DNA from: Anaerolineales bacterium
Lineage (GTDB): Bacteria; Chloroflexota; Anaerolineae; Anaerolineales; E44-bin32
Assembly (NCBI GenBank): GCA_037382465.1
Contig: JARRPX010000004.1
Span: forward strand, 140,204-204,203
Reading direction: 5' to 3'
DNA length: 64,000 bases
How positions within the stretch are numbered: the stretch's first letter is position 1; every line of letters starts with the position of its first letter. This document shows positions 26,134-34,578 of the stretch, piece by piece. The notes under the pieces are model-generated. The model had not been told where the DNA came from and did not search any database. It worked only from the letters and a program-made list of their open reading frames with translations. Position numbers and translations under genes: made by a program.

Positions 26134-28269
26134 TCAACGCTCGATCCAGATCATGTAGTTCTGTGGCACATCGATCGGTGAAGGCACGTAGCCAAACACG
26201 TAAGCTTTCCAGACGCCATAAGAAGGTGAACTATGGCTGAGAACCAGGATGGGTGCCGCATCGAGCAGATATTGTTCGGACTGCCGGTACAATTCTAACC
26301 GAAGCTCCGGATTTTGTGCCGTCCGCGCCGCTTCGATCAGGCCATCATATTCAGGATCATTATAATATGCATGGTTTTGTGATGAGGCGCTGTGGAAGAG
26401 GACATCCAGGAAATTCTCCGGATCGGGATAATCCGCACACCAGCCCTCCAACAACAAATGGCCGTAATTTCCGGCATCCACCTGATCGTAATAACTCAGC
26501 CAATCGATCCCCTCGACCTGAATGTCGACATCCAGCACGTCTTTCCATGTGTCCACCAGGAATGCCGCCGCACTGGAATAGTAGCCGCTCGAGCTTCCCA
26601 GGGTCCAAATGATCTCAGGCGGTTCTGTTCCTGGCGCGTAATAATCCGATTCAGCGAGATAATCGCGCGCCAGTTCGGGATCGTAAATCGGGGGTCGGAC
26701 GTCTTCACTGACCCCCGGCATACCGGGCGGAAGCAGCCCGCGTCCCACAACCGCTTCTCCGTTGGTGAGCGCTTCGACGTAACGCTCGCGATCTACGGCG
26801 AGAACGAACGCCTTGCGCACGAGGGGATCGTCGAACGGAGGCAGGCTGGTGTTGAACGTCACGTAGCTCGTACATAAACCCGTCTCGGAGATCACCGTGC
26901 CGTAGAAGCCGTCCCGGGGATCTTCGGCGCGTTCAAGTTGATCGCGTGTGAGACCGGTGAAATCGACCTCCCCTGTTTGATACAGACTCTGGGTGTAGCC
27001 CGCGTAAATCAGATAGGCCACGAAATCCAGATGCGGCGCTTCTGCGGAATAAAACGGATTGCGCTCGAGAAGGAAGAACGTCTCTTCGAGATGCTGTACG
27101 TGCCGGAACGGGCCGGTTCCGTTCGGGTGATTGGCCCAATTCGGGAAACCGACTTGATAGCGATCGACCACCCAGGAGACTGGGTAGGTGAGTTTGGCTA
27201 AAAAATAGGGCTTCGGTCCATCGACACGGACTTCCAGGGTGTGCGCATCAATGACGCGGACGCCTTCGATCGAATCTGCCTCTCCCGCATGAAAATCCAG
27301 CAGCCCGACGATGTCTCCCATGTAAAGGGAAACCGTCTCCGAATTTGTTTCCGGGCGGGCGGCACGCTCCCAACTGAAGAGGACATCGTCCGCCGTAACG
27401 GGACGCCCATTGTGAAAGCGAGCCCGTGGATTCAAGTGAAACGTATACACCGTTCCGTCTTCATTGACGTCCCAACCCTGCGCCAATGCGGGTTTCACCT
27501 TCATCTGTGGATCGAGAACGACGAGGCCGCTGAAAATATCCCCGATCATTCCACTGCCCCCAAAATGGGTGAGTGCCGGATCGAGCGTCAACGGTTCACT
27601 GCCTGCAAGTACCAGGGCATTCTCGCGGGGAAAGTCACGCGGCATACCGGGCTCGAGACGGAAGCTTTTCAGCGTCGAAAGAAAGGCCGCCAGGAACGAA
27701 ACCGAATCTTCTTCAGGATACGTGGAGAGAAACATGTACGCAGCCGCGCTCGTCTCGACTCTGGCGACGGCCCAGCCCTCTATGCCGGATTCGGATCCCG
27801 GTCGAAGGCGACCGGCGCGGAACCCGCCGGACGGACCTGCATCCGTCTCGAAGCTGTCCTCGAACGTAGTTTCTCCGATTGCATCTTCCCCCAGCCAGAC
27901 CGCCAGAATTTCATCCAGCGCATTCGCCGGATCGATCGAAGGTCCCGGAATGGTGACCAGGATTCGAGCCCCATCGACAGGATCGACCATCGAACTCAAC
28001 GCAAAACCATCTCCCGGCTCATCCACTTCCCAATTCATGGGCGGTTCCAGGGAAAACATGGCTTCATCGTTGAAGTATCGAACCGGTTCGTAGTCCGTTG
28101 GCAAATCCGGATTCTCGTCCACCGGCGCGGTGGATGCGGAGACCGGCTGCGATGTTGACGAAGTGGCCGCTTCTTCAACGTCGCGCGCATTGCACGACGT
28201 CAGCCCGGCGAATCCGGCCAGCACGAGGGCGAGTGTGAATACTATTCTGGGTGGGAATCGATCAGTCAC
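26134..28269 (-). CDS. Family-5 (OppA/DppA-type) solute-binding lipoprotein with an extra N-terminal domain of about 230 aa
   Basis: Lipobox LAGFAGLTSC. SBP_bac_5 core (GWDVNEDGTVYTFHLNPRARFHNGRPVTADDVLFSWERA). GTG 28269 has GGAGGA 5 nt upstream and overlaps the preceding stop. No permease or ATPase genes are nearby. Confidence 0.8.
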   Translation of the reverse strand: MTDRFPPRIVFTLALVLAGFAGLTSCNARDVEEAATSSTSQPVSASTAPVDENPDLPTDYEPVRYFNDEAMFSLEPPMNWEVDEPGDGFALSSMVDPVDGARILVTIPGPSIDPANALDEILAVWLGEDAIGETTFEDSFETDAGPSGGFRAGRLRPGSESGIEGWAVARVETSAAAYMFLSTYPEEDSVSFLAAFLSTLKSFRLEPGMPRDFPRENALVLAGSEPLTLDPALTHFGGSGMIGDIFSGLVVLDPQMKVKPALAQGWDVNEDGTVYTFHLNPRARFHNGRPVTADDVLFSWERAARPETNSETVSLYMGDIVGLLDFHAGEADSIEGVRVIDAHTLEVRVDGPKPYFLAKLTYPVSWVVDRYQVGFPNWANHPNGTGPFRHVQHLEETFFLLERNPFYSAEAPHLDFVAYLIYAGYTQSLYQTGEVDFTGLTRDQLERAEDPRDGFYGTVISETGLCTSYVTFNTSLPPFDDPLVRKAFVLAVDRERYVEALTNGEAVVGRGLLPPGMPGVSEDVRPPIYDPELARDYLAESDYYAPGTEPPEIIWTLGSSSGYYSSAAAFLVDTWKDVLDVDIQVEGIDWLSYYDQVDAGNYGHLLLEGWCADYPDPENFLDVLFHSASSQNHAYYNDPEYDGLIEAARTAQNPELRLELYRQSEQYLLDAAPILVLSHSSPSYGVWKAYVFGYVPSPIDVPQNYMIWIER

Positions 28270-29632
28270 GCGTTCCTCCACCGGGCAGCCGATTCCTTCT
28301 GCGCTGCAACCACCAGACAATGCCCATCAAAACAATAACGCCCAGGATCACCAATCCGATCCCCCACGGAAAGGATGAAACATCCCCTGCAGGATTTTCG
28401 CTGCCGGTCTCCGGCGTAGAGGCTTCGATCGGAGGCTTCTCGCCGCTGGTTTGAACGGAAGAAGATTCGATGACGTAAGGTTGGATCGTCGGGAAAACGG
28501 TCGGCGTCGCTTCATGAGCCGTCGCATCGAGTGAATCCGTGCTCGCACCGACCGACTCCCGCCATACTCGATCCAATCCATCCGCATCGAAGCCGTACAC
28601 CTTTTCAAGCGCGGTGTCGTAACGATAACCGTCCTGAAAGGCTTGCAAGAGCGCCAGCATCGACCCCTGCCCGTACTCATCGATCAAGAATTCGACCAGG
28701 CTGTACGATTGTGCGTAGGACAGCTGGGCTATTTCCGTGTGCTCGGCGAAACTGTCGCTCAACGAGCGAACCGAAAGGAGCTGATCGTCATCGATCGCTT
28801 CACTGAGTAGGTACTCCGAATAGTCGTCCAGGCCGCCTTCGGCATACATCGCCAGACCTTCATTCAGCCATGTGGGTATGCTGCTGTAGCAGTGATCGAC
28901 GGCGCTGCCAACCATCACGTGGGCAAATTCGTGGGAGATCGTATCGATTCCCCAATCCAGGTTGTCGGGCGAGATTCCGATGATCACGATCGCAAACCCG
29001 GAATAGGCCAGGCCGCCCGCCCAGCTTGGTTCGAAGAGTATGGCGTCACGCAGGTCATCAAAATCCTTATAAATATAAAGATTAACGTCCCGATCCAGGT
29101 GTGTCCCAATGTCGAGCTCCAAAAGGTCTTGGGCTTCCACGGCAGCGTCCAGGAGGCGATTGGCGAAGGTTTCATCGCCTGCATACCAATGCAGATAGAC
29201 ATTTCCGGATTGAACGGTCCTCCAGGCATGCGCACGATCGATCCACGTCAACCACTGTTTTTCTGTCCTCAGCTCGATCCCGCCTGCGTCGACCACGTGC
29301 CAGCGCCACCACAACCTTGCGCCAGGAGGCAGCGACCCCGTCCGGCGCATGTTCCACACCCAATACGTATTCACGTCGTAGCCGGGTTGGAAATCATCCG
29401 GGATCACCCGATTGACGTCGGTCACGCAGCTGCTGACGTCGAGACCGTATTCCAATTCCACGACTTCGATGAGGACGTCACTCTCCAGTTCGATCGTAAA
29501 TTCGATCTCCTCCGGAAAGTTAAGTGTCGCTTTCGCCTCGACGATCTGAATGCCGGCTTGCTGCCGAAATTGAAATCCGGATAGCAGCATGCCCAGCACG
29601 AAAACCAGCAGTGTTCGATATCTTTGCATCAT
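28262..29632 (-). CDS. Membrane-anchored MA-clan zinc metallopeptidase-like protein
   Basis: HEFAHVMVG...TWLNEGLAMYAEG (HExxH + NEG glutamate). N-terminal signal/TM MMQRYRTLLVFVLGMLLSGF and a C-terminal TM (WGIGLVILGVIVLMGIVWW). The ORF could extend to 29686. Confidence 0.6.
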   Translation of the reverse strand: MMQRYRTLLVFVLGMLLSGFQFRQQAGIQIVEAKATLNFPEEIEFTIELESDVLIEVVELEYGLDVSSCVTDVNRVIPDDFQPGYDVNTYWVWNMRRTGSLPPGARLWWRWHVVDAGGIELRTEKQWLTWIDRAHAWRTVQSGNVYLHWYAGDETFANRLLDAAVEAQDLLELDIGTHLDRDVNLYIYKDFDDLRDAILFEPSWAGGLAYSGFAIVIIGISPDNLDWGIDTISHEFAHVMVGSAVDHCYSSIPTWLNEGLAMYAEGGLDDYSEYLLSEAIDDDQLLSVRSLSDSFAEHTEIAQLSYAQSYSLVEFLIDEYGQGSMLALLQAFQDGYRYDTALEKVYGFDADGLDRVWRESVGASTDSLDATAHEATPTVFPTIQPYVIESSSVQTSGEKPPIEASTPETGSENPAGDVSSFPWGIGLVILGVIVLMGIVWWLQRRRNRLPGGGTRD

Positions 29633-29749
29633 TCCAGCACCAGCTTCTGTGAACTGTCGAAGGTCAATACCTTCAAACGAAACCAAACGGTCCGAAGCAG
29701 AATGAAGGCCTTGTATGTTTTTGCTTGGGGATGGATACTCCCCCGACGC

Positions 29750-31813
29750 TCATGGTTGGACCAGGTATTTGTAGTATGCCGGCTGCCAGGTGTGCCGTGC
29801 GGTGCCGATGACGACCAGGACCGCCTCGTCGAATTCATCGCCGATCGTCAATTCGAACTCGGTGGATTGATCCTCGTCCAGAGGCAGCTCGCGGACGCGG
29901 GTCTCACGTCCGGTCTCGATCAAGACGAGCCGATACGTCTGCGGCAGGTGATTGTACAGGCGCACGAAGCCCGCCGCATCCCAGTCCCCGTCCCCGGATT
30001 CGAAATCTTCTTCATAGTCGATTGCTTTGATGGAAAGATCGTCCAACAACAAGCCGTCACCGTTGACGGCTGCGTCGGTGATGTACTCGAAACGCAGCAA
30101 GATTTGCTGTCCCGCGAACGCCGACAGATCGACGCTTTCACGAATCCAAGCCGATGTACTCGGATCGCCGCTGTGTCCCGTGTATCCCCAGCCGTAGGAA
30201 TTTCCCGTCGGATTGGTATCCGTTCCGGAGGGCGTCTCTACGAACTGCCAGGTCTCCCCGCCATCTGCGGAGGCCAGCAGATACAAGTAATCCCAGTCCT
30301 CTTCGATGTCATACCAGACCCAATAATCGAAGTTGATGTCGCCGCTCACCTCGCTGAAATCGAAGCTGCGCGTCAAGGTCATGTCGGACGTGTCGCCGCG
30401 GTTTGACCAAAACGCATAATCCCCGGAATGGGCGTCTTCCGGAACGACCCGCACGCTTGGAAGCCCCTGGAAATCGGCAGTGAACGTACCCGTACAGGTA
30501 AATTCAATGTAATCAATGCCATATTGTTTGACGTCCTGTACCTGTTCATCGCCAGGGCATTCGAAGAAGGAGACAGCAGGCCGCGGCGTGGGAGGATCGT
30601 ACGATCGGTAGCTGTATTCCCCGTTCGAGATGGACGGGTCATTCAACCACATCGCCACACTCCAATCCGAATACACATCATCGGCGCCGACTGCAGCGCC
30701 GGATAACGCACCGGAAGAAGCCTCGCTTTCGAGAACGCGATCGATCGAATCCAGGCCGTTATCGGGATTGGCAACCACATCCTGCGTGGTCTCGGCGCCG
30801 AAGCGATCCATGAAATAGGTAATGAAGAGAAAAGCCTGGCCGTAGTGCGCCGAACTGTCCTCCCCACTGGGCCAGTAATCGAGGGTCTTATCGGTATCGC
30901 TGGCGTAGAGATAATCGACCCCGCCGACGTCATAGCCGTTCAACAAGACGGCAAATTCCGAGAAGCCCTCGTTCATCCAGGTACTTTCGTTGCTGTCTCG
31001 ATACCAATGGATCATGTGTTGGAATTCATGGGCCAGCACGCCGTAAGTAAACTCCTCACGCAGAAAGACGTTGTCCGCGCTGATGTAGAAAATCTCATGT
31101 GCGTTCGAATACGGATGAACCAGAGGCGAGTACTCATCGATGGAGCCGTACAAACCGGCCACGTTGTATCCCAGGCCGCGGGCAAAAAGAATGTAGAGAT
31201 GTACGTCCCCATCCACACCGGGAGACCATTCTTCGCCGAAAAATTCCCGGTCCTTCGGATAGATGCTGTTTTCGAACGTATCCACCAGAGCCACCGCATC
31301 TTCTTCGTTATAACTCACGCCGTCCTCGACCCAGAAGTAGACGTGGTCGGTGATGTAAGCCAAACTGGCAGTGATCTCGAAGCTCTCCCCCTCTTGATTG
31401 TCTGTGATCCAGAAGGATTCCTTCGCACCGATGGGGATCGGATCGGCGTGCTCGCGCAGCACGATAGGGACATCGTCGACGCCTCGAAAGCGCTCCGCCA
31501 GAGATCTCGGATCGGCTTCGGGCACGATGGTGTCAGCCAGACTCGCCCGCATCTCACGCGCCAATTCGAGATCGACGTCTTCCTGAATCATCGCATCGAA
31601 GATCGTAGGCGAAGATGACTCTTGCGTTACGGATTCACCGGGGCTTTCGGTCGGTGTGCTTTGCGCCACTTGCTCTGACGAGAATACCGAGTCGACCGCA
31701 TCGCCGAGCAGCACAATCGTCAAGACGGCCACCGCAATACAGAAAAAGACCACCAAAGTCGTGACCAGGCCGATCGAAAACCAGACCGCCGGTTTTTGCT
31801 CATCTGTTGACAT
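29750..31813 (-). CDS. Secreted or anchored M6-like (immune-inhibitor-A-like) zinc metallopeptidase
   Basis: N-terminal TM. VLAHEFQHMIHW...WMNEGFSEFA zinc site. Later DWDYLYLLASADGGETW and LLRFEYITD blocks resemble the InhA C-terminal domains. The ATG at 31813 follows a TTG at 31816. Confidence 0.6.
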   Translation of the reverse strand: MSTDEQKPAVWFSIGLVTTLVVFFCIAVAVLTIVLLGDAVDSVFSSEQVAQSTPTESPGESVTQESSSPTIFDAMIQEDVDLELAREMRASLADTIVPEADPRSLAERFRGVDDVPIVLREHADPIPIGAKESFWITDNQEGESFEITASLAYITDHVYFWVEDGVSYNEEDAVALVDTFENSIYPKDREFFGEEWSPGVDGDVHLYILFARGLGYNVAGLYGSIDEYSPLVHPYSNAHEIFYISADNVFLREEFTYGVLAHEFQHMIHWYRDSNESTWMNEGFSEFAVLLNGYDVGGVDYLYASDTDKTLDYWPSGEDSSAHYGQAFLFITYFMDRFGAETTQDVVANPDNGLDSIDRVLESEASSGALSGAAVGADDVYSDWSVAMWLNDPSISNGEYSYRSYDPPTPRPAVSFFECPGDEQVQDVKQYGIDYIEFTCTGTFTADFQGLPSVRVVPEDAHSGDYAFWSNRGDTSDMTLTRSFDFSEVSGDINFDYWVWYDIEEDWDYLYLLASADGGETWQFVETPSGTDTNPTGNSYGWGYTGHSGDPSTSAWIRESVDLSAFAGQQILLRFEYITDAAVNGDGLLLDDLSIKAIDYEEDFESGDGDWDAAGFVRLYNHLPQTYRLVLIETGRETRVRELPLDEDQSTEFELTIGDEFDEAVLVVIGTARHTWQPAYYKYLVQP

Positions 31814-31853
31814 CAATCCACTCCAAAAATTAGGTATCCAGGATTATATCGGA

Positions 31854-33293
31854 TTATGGCTGACGGCGATGGATGAGGGTTTTATCATCCGGACGAACGA
31901 TCGGAAGCCGCACCGTGAAACGGCTGCCATGCCCAAGCGTACTCTCTGCGACGAGACGGCCGCCGTGCAGTTGTACGATCTCACGCGAAATCGCCAGGCC
32001 CAATCCCGCCCCGCGTTTCTTTCCTGTGGTGCGGGATTTCTCCAATTGATAAAAACGCTCGAAAATCCGAGAGAGTTCTTCCGCTGGTATTCCTGGGCCC
32101 TGGTCAGCCACGTGAATGGAAATCCAGCCATTTTCCAGGTCTGCGCTGAGCGTAACCTTGCCCCCTTCCGGTGAGTGATCGACGGCGTTGTCGATCAGAT
32201 TGGTGAACACCTGCGCCAGGCGATCACCATCTCCGACGATGGTCGGCAGCACCGGAAGCTGGTTGTGCAGTTCGATTTTGTTTTCACGCGCACGGAGATC
32301 GAGCCGGTCCATGACGCTCTGGACAAGCTTCTCCAGCATTACCGGTTCGCGTTGGAATTCCACCTGTCCGGCATCGAGACGCGCCAGGTCCAGCAAATCT
32401 TCAACCAGGCGCCGCAGACGATCGGATTCGTCGAAAATGACCTGTGCCGCATGCTCGATGGTCTGGCGGTCTTCCGCCGTTCCATCCAGTATGGCCTGCG
32501 CAAAGCCCTGGATCGAAGTCAACGGCGTCTTCAACTCGTGGGAGACGTTGGCCACAAAATCCCGCTGAGCCCTACGGCTGGACTGCACGCGGGCGACCAT
32601 GTCGTTGAAGGCCAGCGCCATATTCTCCGCCTCGAGCGGTCCGCCGCTCTCGATGCGCTGCTCGTAATCCCCTGCTGCGACGGCACGCGCCGCGCCGGCG
32701 GCCTTGCTCCACGGCGCGGCGACCCAGCGGGCGATCAACCAGGCGAGCAGTGCGGAGATTACCAGCGCCAGAATCCCCATTCGCAGCAGCGGCTGTATCA
32801 ATTCATTTCCCCACGTGGACAGGCGCCTGAGCGAGTTTGAAGGCGCCGCCAGGACGACCCAGCGCCCGTTGGATATGCGGGTGGAAACGAAGATCCACGA
32901 GCCTGAAATCAGTGTTCCAAACTTGCCCCGCTCGATCGAGTCGCTCTGCACGATCGTCTGCTGCATGTCCTGCGGTATCTTGCGCGCTCCCGGACGGCTG
33001 TCGACCAATACGCTGCCCATGCCGTCGAGGATTATGATCCGCACGTCGGCCTGCTGGTCCACGCGGTCCAAGAACTGCGGCAGGCGATCGGGAGGGAGAT
33101 CGGCCAGCACGTTCGCTTGCTGCACGTCGAGTGTGCCGCGCAAGACCTCCAGGCGACGATACTCCAGCCGCTCCAGATTGGCGAGCACGACGAAGATCAG
33201 GCTTAAAACCACCGGGATCACGATAATTCCGGCGTACAGCAGGAAGGTCAGGAACAAGCGCGAACGCAGGGAGCGAAGCACGCGATTACTCAC
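31854..33293 (-). CDS. Sensor histidine kinase (TM-periplasmic loop-TM, HAMP, HisKA, HATPase_c)
   Basis: H-box SHELKTPLTSIQGF. N/G boxes NLIDNAVDHSP, DQGPGIP, GAGLGLAISREIV. Overlaps the upstream regulator gene by 8 nt. Confidence 0.9.
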   Translation of the reverse strand: MSNRVLRSLRSRLFLTFLLYAGIIVIPVVLSLIFVVLANLERLEYRRLEVLRGTLDVQQANVLADLPPDRLPQFLDRVDQQADVRIIILDGMGSVLVDSRPGARKIPQDMQQTIVQSDSIERGKFGTLISGSWIFVSTRISNGRWVVLAAPSNSLRRLSTWGNELIQPLLRMGILALVISALLAWLIARWVAAPWSKAAGAARAVAAGDYEQRIESGGPLEAENMALAFNDMVARVQSSRRAQRDFVANVSHELKTPLTSIQGFAQAILDGTAEDRQTIEHAAQVIFDESDRLRRLVEDLLDLARLDAGQVEFQREPVMLEKLVQSVMDRLDLRARENKIELHNQLPVLPTIVGDGDRLAQVFTNLIDNAVDHSPEGGKVTLSADLENGWISIHVADQGPGIPAEELSRIFERFYQLEKSRTTGKKRGAGLGLAISREIVQLHGGRLVAESTLGHGSRFTVRLPIVRPDDKTLIHRRQP

Positions 33294-33969
33294 ACACCAA
33301 TTTGTAACCCACGCCCGTCACCGTCTCGATGCACACCTGCTCGCTGTTCGACAACCGCTTGCGCAGGCCGGCCACGTGCACGTCGACGGTGCGGGTCTGG
33401 CCGTAGAAATCGAAGCCCCAGACCCGTTCGAGCAGCTGTTCGCGCGTGAGCACGATGCCGTGATTCTCACAGAACGCCAGCAGCAGATCGAATTCCTTGG
33501 CGCGTAAATCGACTGCTTCCCCGGCGACTCGGACCTCTCGACGCGCCGGATCGACGCGCAGGTCGCCGAGTTCCAAAGGAGCCGTACTCTCACGTGGCGC
33601 TCGATCCCTGCGGCGCAGAATCGCTTTCACCCGGGCGACCAGTTCACGCGGATTGAAGGGTTTGGTCATGTAATCGTCGGCGCCCAATTCCAGCCCGACG
33701 ATCTTGTCCACGTCGTCGTCGCGGGCGGTGAGCATGATGATGGGCACGTCCGATTCTGCCCGCACCCGCTGGCAGACCTCGAAACCGTCGATCTCGGGCA
33801 GCATGATGTCCAGGACGATCAGCGCCGGTTTTTGGCTGGCAATTTCCTGCAGCGCCTGGGCACCGTCGCTCGCCGCACAAACCTGAAAACCGTCTCGTTC
33901 CAGATACATGCGCGCCAGATCGATGATGTTGGCCTCATCGTCGACGACAAGAATCTTCTCGCCCGTCAT
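33286..33969 (-). CDS. OmpR/PhoB-family DNA-binding response regulator
   Basis: Receiver (ILVVDDE...LDIMLPEIDG...IMLTA) plus winged helix (REFDLLLAF...RTVDVHVAGLRKRL...GVGYKL). Confidence 0.9.
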   Translation of the reverse strand: MTGEKILVVDDEANIIDLARMYLERDGFQVCAASDGAQALQEIASQKPALIVLDIMLPEIDGFEVCQRVRAESDVPIIMLTARDDDVDKIVGLELGADDYMTKPFNPRELVARVKAILRRRDRAPRESTAPLELGDLRVDPARREVRVAGEAVDLRAKEFDLLLAFCENHGIVLTREQLLERVWGFDFYGQTRTVDVHVAGLRKRLSNSEQVCIETVTGVGYKLVCE

Positions 33970-34028
33970 GCCTTACCCTCCACACCTGCAGCTCCCATCA
34001 CGACAGGAACCGTACACTCGAGGCATCC

Positions 34029-34433
34029 TCAATCCCCCAACAGCCCACCCACGACGGCGACAGCCTCGATCTCCACCGCCGCTCCTTTGGGCAGCGCCGC
34101 CACTTCCACCGTCGAGCGGGCCGGCGGTTCGTTGGGGAAAAACTCCGCATAAACAGCGTTCATTTTGGCAAATTCACCCATGTCCTGCATGAAAACCGTC
34201 GTCTTGACCACGTTCTCCAACGAAGTTCCGCCTGATTTGAGAATTCCGGACAGATTCGTCAGCGCCTGGCGTGTCTCCGCCTCGATTCCGCCGGCTACCA
34301 GTGCCCCACGCTGCGGATCGATTCCCAGCGTGCCGGATACGAACACCAGGTCTCCGGACTTTATCCCCAACGAATACGGACCGATGGCCGCAGGCACATC
34401 GTCCGCGATCAGGACGTCGCGTCTCATCATCAT
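34029..34433 (-). CDS. ridA: RidA (YjgF/YER057c/UK114) enamine/imine deaminase family protein
   Basis: AAIGPYSLG...SGTLGIDP...KTTVFMQDM..F..MN.VY..FF....PARSTVEVAALPKGA.VEIE pattern. Confidence 0.85.
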   Translation of the reverse strand: MMMRRDVLIADDVPAAIGPYSLGIKSGDLVFVSGTLGIDPQRGALVAGGIEAETRQALTNLSGILKSGGTSLENVVKTTVFMQDMGEFAKMNAVYAEFFPNEPPARSTVEVAALPKGAAVEIEAVAVVGGLLGD

Positions 34434-34506
34434 GATTTTTCACCTTCTGGATTTCGGACCGATCACGATTGTACGTCGAGGTCGGTGAAGTGGCAACGAG
34501 ACGAAA

Positions 34507-34535
34507 GTAAGGGCGGCCCGGCGGGTCGCCCTTAC
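34507..34535. repeat. REP-like GC-rich hairpin, probable leuS terminator
   Basis: GTAAGGGCG-G-CCCG-g-CGGG-T-CGCCCTTAC, 44 nt downstream of the leuS stop. The arms are related to the hairpin at 7830-7860. Confidence 0.5.
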
Positions 34536-34578
34536 AAAATCGATTTCCTGCGTGATAACGAAGTTACCCACAGACGGT

